A DNA stretch of 64,000 nucleotides from an uncultured cyanobacterium (GTDB lineage: Bacteria; Cyanobacteriota; Cyanobacteriia; Cyanobacteriales; Cyanobacteriaceae). This document shows, in pieces, positions 54,201-62,600 of this stretch (position 1 is the first letter of the stretch; the number at the start of each line of letters is the position of its first letter). The stretch spans positions 1 to 64,000 of the forward strand of contig CAVVOP010000027.1 in assembly GCA_963749915.1 (NCBI GenBank), given 5' to 3'. A program made the position numbers and the translations under genes. The notes beneath the pieces are model-generated. The model was not told where the DNA came from. It did no database searches and saw nothing but the letters and a program-made list of their open reading frames with translations.

Positions 54201-56046
54201 AGTTGGTGCCGCCGCCGTCGATGGTATCGTTGCCGGTCCCCCCGTCATGGAGCCTTACGTCTGAAAGTGATGGAATTGGCGGGCCCCAGAAAATGCGGTC
54301 ATTGCCAGCCCCGCCGTAGATGGTGTCCGAACCGCCGCCGCCGTTGATGGTGTCGTTGCCGCCGTTGCCGTTCAGCACGTTGGCCGCCTGGTTGCCCACG
54401 ATGTTGTCGTTGCCGCTGCCGCCGTTGGCGTTCTCGATCAGCGAGCGGGTATCCCCGTTGAACAGCAGTGCGTTGGCGATGTTGCCGCGCGCTTCGAAGC
54501 CCGCAGCGAACTGGTTCAGGTCGGCCAGTTGCGCGGTCGAGAACGTCGACCAGCCGCCCGGGTTCAGGTCGATCTGCAGATTGGTGGTGTAGTTCGATAG
54601 GTCGTAGGTGTCGACGCCGTTGCCGTCCCAGATGGTCGCGAAGATGCGGTTGCCGCCCGGGTTGATGGCCGCTGTGCCGTTGACGAAGGTCTGGCCGGTC
54701 GTCGGACTCCAGGTGTAGACGGTGTTGCCGGCGTTGCTGGTGAAGTCGGCGCCGTACATGTACTGCAGCGCGGCGATGTCCAGCATCATCCAGGTCTGCG
54801 CGTACCCGAACTGCTCGTTCGTGTAGCCGCCACCAAGGGGTTGCCCGATGTACGACCGGTAGGTCATCACCGAGAACTCCATGGAGTCGACGTTCGCCGG
54901 AAGTGCGCCGTAGATGTTGGTCTCCTGGCCGTGCTTCAGGCCTAGCGAGTGGCCGAGCTCGTGAATGTGGGTGTGCCAGCCATAGTCGCCGGTGGTGGGG
55001 CGGCTGCCGGAGCTGGCCGACGGGCCGAACCAGGCGTCGCCGCCGTAGATGCTGTTGTTCGGATAGAACGCGTAGGATGTGCCCGCGTCGGAGGTGTTCG
55101 CGGCGCGGATGGTGCCCGTCCCGGACGCCGCTGTGCCGTATGAGATGCCGAGGTTGGTGAACGCCTCGACGGAGAAGCCCGACGCGCCAGCGGGCTGCGT
55201 GTAAATGAACTGGTTCAACGCGAAGTGGATGACCAGCAACTGGTCTGCCGCCAGGCGCGAGAAGCCTTCGAATTGGGCGCTGATGCCGTTGCCGTTCTGG
55301 TCGCTAAAGTAGCCGGATTGGTAGTCACCTGCGGCATCCGGGTCGGTGTAGGTGATGTCCGGACCACTCCAGCGAATACCGCGCAGAAGGCCGTCGATGT
55401 TCTGGTTCCCCGACGCCGGCACGGCCAGCGTGGTGGCGCCGCTGCCGTTCCAGGCTGGGCCGTCGAGGCCGTCCGTCTCGTCCACAGCCGGCGCATCGGT
55501 CGGGACGACGGGGTCGCCGTGCAGGAAGTTGGCGCCGTTGATGGTGTTGGAGCCACCACCGGTGCGCATCACGTTGGCTCCGGCGGTTCCTGTGACAAAC
55601 TCAGAGCCGCTGGCAGAAGCAGCGTTGTCGTAGTTCTCGAAGTTCAGCCAGGACTCGTTCTTGTATGTCCGCGGCGGTAATGATTCACCCGCTGGCAGCA
55701 TCTCATCTAATGGTCCATCAATATTGTTTTGTTTCGAGAAACGATAATCTATTTCTGAGGGGTCGTAACGGTCGATACTGTCAGTGGCAAAATTGTCACG
55801 GCCATTGAAACTAGGTGATTCGGGGGTGGTTGTTTTTCCTTCACCCTTACTAGACACTACAGAACTTGGTTCTAATTCTTTGTCATCGGTATCAGTTCCT
55901 ACAATGGGGATATGCTCAGGGGAAACATTTACAACAGTGAGCGTATTGTCAAACAAATCACCCTTAACCTGACTTTCCCCGGGCACATTGTTGTAGATGT
56001 TAGTACCATCGGGATTTTCTGATTTCAAAACTTTTGGAGAACTCAT
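51262..56046 (-). CDS. Serralysin-like (M10B) zinc metalloprotease with long RTX calcium-binding repeat region
   Basis: HELGHSLGLKH, Met-turn SVMTY, DIAALQYMYG, TIWDGNGVDT, IENANGGSGND and many GGxGxD repeats. Confidence 0.93.
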   Translation of the reverse strand: MSSPKVLKSENPDGTNIYNNVPGESQVKGDLFDNTLTVVNVSPEHIPIVGTDTDDKELEPSSVVSSKGEGKTTTPESPSFNGRDNFATDSIDRYDPSEIDYRFSKQNNIDGPLDEMLPAGESLPPRTYKNESWLNFENYDNAASASGSEFVTGTAGANVMRTGGGSNTINGANFLHGDPVVPTDAPAVDETDGLDGPAWNGSGATTLAVPASGNQNIDGLLRGIRWSGPDITYTDPDAAGDYQSGYFSDQNGNGISAQFEGFSRLAADQLLVIHFALNQFIYTQPAGASGFSVEAFTNLGISYGTAASGTGTIRAANTSDAGTSYAFYPNNSIYGGDAWFGPSASSGSRPTTGDYGWHTHIHELGHSLGLKHGQETNIYGALPANVDSMEFSVMTYRSYIGQPLGGGYTNEQFGYAQTWMMLDIAALQYMYGADFTSNAGNTVYTWSPTTGQTFVNGTAAINPGGNRIFATIWDGNGVDTYDLSNYTTNLQIDLNPGGWSTFSTAQLADLNQFAAGFEARGNIANALLFNGDTRSLIENANGGSGNDNIVGNQAANVLNGNGGNDTINGGGGSDTIYGGAGNDRIFWGPPIPSLSDVRLHDGGTGNDTIDGGGTNFGSGAGFNLATGTYTNGSTFNESWLNFENYDNAASTSGSEFVTGTAGANVIRTGGGSNTINGGGGSDTVYGGAGNDRIFWGPPIPSLSDVRLHDGGTGNDTIDGGGTNFGSGAGFNLATGTYTNGSTFNESWLNFENYDNAASTSGSEFVTGTAGANVIRTGGGSNTINGGGGSDTIYGGAGNDRIFWGPPIPSLSDVRLHDGETGNDTIDGGGTNFGSGAGFNLATGTYTNGSTFNESWLNFENYDNAASTSGSEFVTGTAGANVIRTGGGSNTINGGGGNDTIQGGDGTDDVNGEEGDDLIQILDGEFIDNVVGGNGIDTLDMTDVTTAITYSALAGTYEGSVSGDLQRTHSGIEIFRSGSGNDTISSNGSGEYYGNGGDDLMYAGLGTPEVIDGGAGVDTLDTTSFNGTYVVNMVTGLTNYGGELFTNFENLITGNGNDSITGTTGGNVISTTGGNDTINGGDGNDTINGGNDNDLVNGGNGNDLLQGGYGSDTLNGGNGNDRLYAYTAANIGGSGVGDVLNGGNGNDSIYGSSGNDTANGGNDNDLVNGGNGNDLLQGGYGSDTLNGGNGNDRLYAYTAANIGGSSVGDVLNGDNGNDSIYGSSGNDTANGGNDNDLVNGGNGNDLLQGGYGSDTLNGGNGNDRLYAYTAANIGGSGVGDVLNGGNGNDSIYGSSGNDTANGGNDNDLVNGGDGNDLLQGGYGSDTLNGGNGNDRLYAYTAANIGGSSVGDVLNGDNGNDSIYGSSGNDTANGGNDNDLVNGGDGNDLLQGGYGSDTLNGGNGNDRLYAYTAANIGGSSVGDVLNGDNGNDSIYGSSGNDTANGGNDNDLVNGGNGNDLLQGGYGSDTLNGGNGNDRLYAYTAANIGGSSVGDVLNGDNGNDSIYGSSGNDTLIGGADSDNFLFASGFGSDVITDFGTGPDQIDLTAFGIGLDYSDLNFSNTVNNVITSTFFGFGSITLQGFGTTAPVPGDFIFA
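51514..52790 (-). repeat. Six tandem 213-bp (71-aa) RTX repeats
   Basis: The same 18-mer taggcataaaggcgatcg (RLYAY region) recurs six times with a 213-nt period; the copies are nearly identical. Confidence 0.95.
53365..54350 (-). repeat. Three tandem 324-bp (108-aa) repeats
   Basis: gcgggccccagaaaat at 53631, 53955 and 54279. Confidence 0.95.
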
Positions 56047-56364
56047 AACCGTAATCCTTCCTTAGCGTTTATTTCCTATTGTACGCTTGTTGAGCGGATG
56101 AATTGGGAGGTGCGTAACAAAAATTAATAAATGTTTTATGCTTTGTAAATAGGGGGATTGAGAAATTTTCAGGGGGAGATCATTTAATTTAGTATAAAAT
56201 TTACTTGACAAAAAAACTTAGTTCTGTTACTTCGTGAAATAAAAATCCCTTGGAAACACCAGAGAAATCCTAAATAAGCTCGATGAACAATGTTGATTTA
56301 ACAACGGCTGCGTTAATGTCAAAAGGTTTTTCTGCTGGCATTTTTGCGATTGCTTGCCGGCAGC

Positions 56365-57873
56365 CTAATTAACTGGCTTCCTTTCCCATGATTTGATGGG
56401 ATTAATCCGGTTTTCACCGGTATTCTCACAAAAGTCACTAGGGAAGCCACCACGAAAGTCGCTAGGAAGATTGCCGCAAATAACAGTACTAGCACTACTA
56501 TTGAAGCCAGATGAGCCTGTGGCACTGTAAGAATAAGCCCAAATTATCCCACTTATGGCACTCGAACCCGTCATCGAAACTTTCCCAAAAGGCGAAAATA
56601 TAAACGCTTTAGAGCCCGACCCACCAGTCAGTTTTACCTCATCATCACCATATTTATAAACTTGTATATTATCTGGAGTGCCAGGATTATTGAGGGCACC
56701 ACCTATATTCGAGCCGCCAGTCAGTTCAACTTTTCCGTGAACATAGATGATTAGTGTTGTCCCCGGAGTTACAGCAATTCCTGAACCAGCATGGGAAGCT
56801 TTTATATCGCCATCTATGTACAACTTAACAGTTTGTCCAGGTGCATTAACCGTCAAGATATCCCCATCGCCACTAAAGGAGATGGATGGTGCACGATAGA
56901 TGTTGTGGGTGCCGCCACCACCAGTCGGGCAAGCAGATGGAATAGTCATAGCATTTTGGATTGATACAATGTTACAGACGCCAGTTCCGGGGACATTTGT
57001 TAACTGTCCCTCAGATGGCAACGGGGGAAAAGTATCGGAACTGTTTTCCTCATAAGTAAAGGGGGGAGTCGGAGGGGTATTTGCAGGTTGCATGGCTTTG
57101 AGATCGTTTATTTTAGAACTATCACTGGCGGCTTTACAGGGAGGATCGCTGACGAAGGTTAGGGGTGTGGAATCCTTGATGTTTGACCGGATTAAACCCG
57201 AACCGCTGACACTGGAATCGGCATTACAGCTAATCCACAGTCCTTCTCCAAGGAAAGTGGTGGTGCCCCCAGTACCAGGGGCTACGTCGAAGGAGACTTC
57301 CACACGAGTCGTTGATATTGCCGCACTAGGTGCAGTTTGATTAACTCGCCCTTCAACGATTAAAGTTCCTACGCCCGCTACTGTCGGATCTGGTGCGGTG
57401 GAAGGGTTACCGTCGTCATCAAAGCTGTAACTAACCAGTCTAAATTGTCCTTTACTGGGATCACTAGGATCTGCATCTTGCCAACTTGTCTGTGCCGCAT
57501 TCGTGATCTGTGTAGAATTAGTTACGTCTGGAATACTGCCTGCATTGGACCAACTTGCTGTCGGGGCAGTGTCGGGGCAAACCCCACTGGAATTGCGAGT
57601 GCCTTCACAATCGGGATAGACAGCAAGCTTGGGGTGGCTAACAAGAAAGGATTGATAACGGCTAATACCTGATTCCCCTAAGGCTTGAGCTTGTTTAGCA
57701 TCTTCATCCATAGCGACTTGTAGCTTCCGTGATGCTGCACTCGTGAGTGAAGATAGCAACATTGTAAAAAACATCAAACCCAAACCAAGGGATATTAAAA
57801 ATCCGAATCCATTCTCTTTGCCCTGATTAGAGAAGAGTATGAACCGAAATAAACTAATATTTTTATATCTCAT
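56365..57873 (-). CDS. PilX-like / prepilin-type N-terminal protein with a G/S/T-rich beta C-terminal domain
   Basis: KENG-FGFLISLGLGLM hydrophobic helix followed by AQALGESGISRY; paired cysteines; C-terminal IKSWER. Confidence 0.65.
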   Translation of the reverse strand: MRYKNISLFRFILFSNQGKENGFGFLISLGLGLMFFTMLLSSLTSAASRKLQVAMDEDAKQAQALGESGISRYQSFLVSHPKLAVYPDCEGTRNSSGVCPDTAPTASWSNAGSIPDVTNSTQITNAAQTSWQDADPSDPSKGQFRLVSYSFDDDGNPSTAPDPTVAGVGTLIVEGRVNQTAPSAAISTTRVEVSFDVAPGTGGTTTFLGEGLWISCNADSSVSGSGLIRSNIKDSTPLTFVSDPPCKAASDSSKINDLKAMQPANTPPTPPFTYEENSSDTFPPLPSEGQLTNVPGTGVCNIVSIQNAMTIPSACPTGGGGTHNIYRAPSISFSGDGDILTVNAPGQTVKLYIDGDIKASHAGSGIAVTPGTTLIIYVHGKVELTGGSNIGGALNNPGTPDNIQVYKYGDDEVKLTGGSGSKAFIFSPFGKVSMTGSSAISGIIWAYSYSATGSSGFNSSASTVICGNLPSDFRGGFPSDFCENTGENRINPIKSWERKPVN

Positions 57874-58457
57874 TTTTTTTGCACCTTTATGTTTAAATCA
57901 AAAATATTTGATATAAATTAGCTACTAAAACTTCCCTAGGTTGAGTTTGATTTGGGTTAAATAATCAATGTCTTTTTAGGAAGAAATACACTTCAGTTAA
58001 GAGTTACATGCTTTAACTAATCAATCATTTCATACATCTATTTAACCCCCTTTTTTACTTTTTAAAAACCGTATAAATACCGTTTTTGAAGAACAAATAA
58101 TTATAAATTTATGATGAAGTTATCTTTTTTTACGGATGATAAACTTCAACCTTTTGTTTTCAGTACCTACGTAGGGCTGACAGCATTGCAATACTACGAA
58201 GGATTTGGAAAATATAATTGTCGGCGGTGGTAAGGCAGGAGGCAGAGGGCAGAGGGCAATAAAATTAAGAATTTAAAAATTCTAAATTCTTAATTCTAAA
58301 TTCTGAATTCCCCTAACCAGAACATTTTTGAGCCTAACCGAGCAGTATTGGCACCCAAACTAATTTTTGTAAAACTGCGAAAATTTTTTCTTCTCCAGTG
58401 ATAACTCAACAGGGGTTAATTCAATCTCTAACAAAAAGATCTAGGAAATAAACTATT

Positions 58458-59672
58458 ATGACTGTAGTAAAATTTTTGAACAATGCTAATAACTTCTTTC
58501 AAGCAAAAATAACTGAAGTTGTTCTGCCACCTTGGGAACCACCGATTCCTCCGTACTGGGAAGCCTGGGAAATCCACGGTTTAGGGGGGAATGATACTAT
58601 TACCGGTGGGGAGAAAAACGATACCCTTTTCGGCGACGCTGGAAATGATAGTCTCATCGGTGGTAATGGCAATGATAATATCCAGGGCGGAACCGGCAAT
58701 GACACCCTCAGTGGCGGTGCTGGCAACGACACCATGAATGGTGGTGATGGTAACGATACCTATTTCGTGGACAGTAGTTTCGACAGGGTGAGCGAAAGTT
58801 TCGCTGATGCCTTGGGTGGTACAGCTGATCAAGTGTTTGCCTCGGTCAGTTATTCTCTTTCCCCAGGAACCTCAGGAAATCAAGGGTTTGGTATCGAAAA
58901 CTTGACTTTAACAGGGGGCGGCAACTTTAGCGGAACTGGCAATGGCCTGAACAACGTGATCACTGGCAACATTGGAAACAACTCTTTATCCGGCTTGGAT
59001 GGTAACGACACTCTCAATGGCGGTTCTGGCAATGATAACCTCTATGGCGGCGGCAATAATGATAGTCTCTTCGGCGGTACCGGCAATGATTATCTGAGTG
59101 GTGGTTCGGGCAATGATACCCTTGACGGTTGGTCTGGTAATGATACCCTCTATGGCGGCGGCGATAATGACCTTATTTTTGGGTGGTCTGGTGACGATCG
59201 ACTCCACGGTGACTGGGGTAATGATACCCTCTACGGTGAGTCGGGGAATGACTATCTGGTTGGTCAAACCGGCAGTGACGTGCTAAACGGCGGAGCAAAT
59301 AACGATACCCTAGCTGGCGGTTCCGGTTGGGATGGCAGTGACACATTGACCGGTGGCACTGGTGCGGATCAGTTCCAATTCTTCTCTGCTGTTGGTAACG
59401 TTGATACCATCACTGATTTTACTTGGCAACAGGGGGACAAAATCTTTGTTTGGAAGGGTGGCTTTGTGGGTGGACTTCAAGCCGGTGCGTTGCCTTGGCA
59501 GCAGTTCCACATTGGAGCAACAGCCCTAGATGCCAGCGATCGCTTTATCTACAATTCCAACACCGGAGCCTTATTTTTTGATGCTGACGGCATTGGCGGT
59601 CAAGCCCAAGTTCAGTTTGCCAATCTATCTCCGGGACTACCACTTATCAGCAGTGATATTCAGGTTGTCTAA
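58458..59672 (+). CDS. RTX (haemolysin-type) calcium-binding protein
   Basis: GGxGND repeats, IENLTLTG, and C-terminal DTITDF...RFIYNSNTGALFFDADG. Confidence 0.92.
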   Translation: MTVVKFLNNANNFFQAKITEVVLPPWEPPIPPYWEAWEIHGLGGNDTITGGEKNDTLFGDAGNDSLIGGNGNDNIQGGTGNDTLSGGAGNDTMNGGDGNDTYFVDSSFDRVSESFADALGGTADQVFASVSYSLSPGTSGNQGFGIENLTLTGGGNFSGTGNGLNNVITGNIGNNSLSGLDGNDTLNGGSGNDNLYGGGNNDSLFGGTGNDYLSGGSGNDTLDGWSGNDTLYGGGDNDLIFGWSGDDRLHGDWGNDTLYGESGNDYLVGQTGSDVLNGGANNDTLAGGSGWDGSDTLTGGTGADQFQFFSAVGNVDTITDFTWQQGDKIFVWKGGFVGGLQAGALPWQQFHIGATALDASDRFIYNSNTGALFFDADGIGGQAQVQFANLSPGLPLISSDIQVV

Positions 59673-59691
59673 TATGGCACTACTTGAGGAA

Positions 59692-62600
59692 TTATTGCCA
59701 ACAAGGTGGCATTAATCGTCTCACTTTTATTCCCTCGCGAAAGACAAAGATAACTTCCGAACTGAGTTTTTCTGGTTGAGGAAAACGTTCTAGACTAGGG
59801 GACAAAGGTAGCCACTCGCCAATTACTGTATCGGAAGTGAGAAACTGATCTGGACTCGCTAATAAACCACCTCTTCCCATATTGTAAAAGGCGATGGCTC
59901 CTTCTCCATCGACATCACAACCTAGTACTATTTTGGTATCTACTTGCTGAGGTAAAGTAATTAAACCGCGATTGGAGTTAACTTCTGTCGCATTTATATC
60001 TACAGTACCAGCGAGTCCAAATTCGGAACTAGCAGTGATGTCGCTGAGGGGAGTTGGTTGTTCCCTAAACTCAATACCCAAAATCCCTTCAGCAGTGATG
60101 GAGATATTACCTCCATTCCCGATAAAAGCATTGGCGGTGATGTCGCTATCTTCGGTAGGGAAAGCGAGAACAAATTTAGCATCGATCTTGATGTTGCCAC
60201 CATCGCCACCTGCGGCAGCAGTTCCAGCACTGGCACTAATTTGGCTGTTCTTCCTTAATACTAGATTTCCGCCTACGGTAATCTCAATGTTGCCACCATC
60301 GGTACTCAAAGTTTCGGCAGTGATGGCAGATTGATTGGCTAGGGTGAGTGCATCTGCTTGCAGGCTAATGTTCCCACCAGTGCCTTGCCCCTGACTGTTT
60401 ACGGCGATCGCCCCATCATCTTCCAGATTAATTAAAGGAGAATTAACATTAATATCACCACCATCGCCAGTAGAATTAACGTCAGTGTTGGCAAATAAAC
60501 CACTTCCTTCATCACTAATGAATAAACTTTCAGTAAGATTAAGAGTGATATTACCCGCATTTCCTGCCCCTGTGGTCAGGGCTGAGATTTCTACTCCATC
60601 GCTGATGTTGAGGTTGTTTGTGTTGATGTTTATCTCACCGGCATTACCACTTCCCGATGTTGAGGCGGTCATTGAGCCATCTCCTCGAATATCTATTATT
60701 TCAGGGGCGGTAATAGTAATACTTCCTCCATCGCCTATATCCGTAGTGCGGGTGGAGATAAAACCTTCATCGGTAAATTGAATATTGAGGTTGGAATTAG
60801 TTTGATAGGTTTGGATGGTGAGGCTACCAGCATCGGCTATGCTTTGAGTTTCGGCGAAGATGCCTAGTTCTCCAGCGATATTTAATTGGCTGACGTTAAG
60901 GGTGATATCTCCTGCTTTGGGGCTGGTGGAGGTTTCGGTGGCGGTGGTACTAAGTTGGGCATTTTCACCAATGGTAAGGAGAGGAGTGATGATGGTAATA
61001 TTGCCTGCTGTGCCTACATTACTGGTTTCAACTGTAATTTGACTGTTATTTGTCAGTAGGACCGCTTGGGGAGCATTGACGGTAATAGTACCGCCATCCC
61101 CACTGGCTGCGGTAAAGGCAGAAATGGAGGCTCCCTGGTCGATGGTGAGTTGTGGAGAATTAATAGTAATGTTACCAGCATCCCCTGCCCCCTCAGTTTG
61201 GGCAAAGAGTCCAGTATCCGTGCCGGAGAGAAAGAGGTTGTCGCTAATTTCTAGGGTGATGTCGGCAGCATCAAAGTTAGTAGTACTGTTGGTTTGAATT
61301 TGACCGCCACCAGTAATTTCTGAGAGGTTAGCTGCGATGGCTATATCACCTGCTTTGCCTTCTCCTTCGGTGCGAGTAGAAACTGTAGCGTTATCACGAA
61401 GAAACAAAGAATCAGTAGTAATCTTAATTCCTTCTGAATCACCCACTGCTCCTTGAGCTACCGTGCTAAAAATGCCACTGACAGAGCCCTGGCTGTCTTC
61501 GCCTTCAATAGAAATAGCATCGGCTGCTGTGATGGCGATCCCCCCCGCATTCCCCACTCCTGAAGTACCTGTATTCACTAGGGCCCCATCTTTGAGAGAG
61601 AGGTAGCCGGTATCAATGGTGATGTCCCCTGAGTTTCCCTCTGCTCCTGGGCTAACTTCAGATAACAAAGCACTCTGAAAACGACCTTCTCCTGAGGTAC
61701 CAAGTACTTGCACTAATTCTGAAGCTTTCACTATTACAGTTCCAGCCTTTCCTTCACCCCCAGTGGAAGTTGATACTCTTCCACCATTTTGAACTAGCAA
61801 TTGTCCGGTAGTAATAGTTATGTTTCCTGCATTACCTGCTCCGGTAGTGAACGCCAAAACCCCACTCGGAAATCTACCATCTGTTGAAGCACCATCTACT
61901 TGCACTGATTCTGAAGCTGAAATCGTCAAGCTACCGCCACCTGTACCAAAAGAACCACTGCTAGTTGATACTTCTGCACCATCTTGCACCAACAAATTAG
62001 GAGTAATAATTGTTACATTTCCTGCTTTTCCCGTACCTTCTGTTTTAGCAAACAAGGCGCTGGCACGACTACTATTAGAGATAGCCCCACCAATTACTTG
62101 CACTGATTCGGAGGCTGTTACAGTTAAATTTCCTCCGTTGCCTTCGCTATCAGGCAAAGTGTCAGTTAATAACTGTCCTCCATCTTTGAGTAGTAAAGTA
62201 CCCGTAGTAACTGTCAGATTTCCTGCATTTCCTTTACCGAAAGTTCCAGTAGATAAAGCACTGGAAAACAAAAATTCCCCCGAACCGATCGTACCAGTAA
62301 TTTTTAAGGATTCCAAAGCATTTACAGTTAAATCCCCCCCCCTTCCAGCATTGTTTGTAGTACCCGTAGTAGTAGTTACTATGGAGGAACCGTCTTCGAT
62401 GGTTAAGTTGCGAACATCAATATTTATATTGCCACCTCTTCCTATATTTGAAGTTGCAGCAGAGATGACAGAGGTTTTTTGCAAATTTAAATCCCTAGCA
62501 CTGAGATAAATATCGCCACCATTTCCCGTTCCCGAAGTTCTACTATTAATAGAACTACCTATCATCGAAATGGTATTGTTAGCGATTGCTTTAACATTGC

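Noticed and set aside
53365..55659. Diversity-generating retroelement template/variable repeat pair
   Set aside because: Differences between the partial and full repeats are not adenine-specific, and there is no reverse transcriptase in the window.
51576..55972. Alternative-frame and antisense ORFs inside the RTX gene
   Set aside because: Shadow ORFs produced by high GC and repeats; no recognisable motifs.
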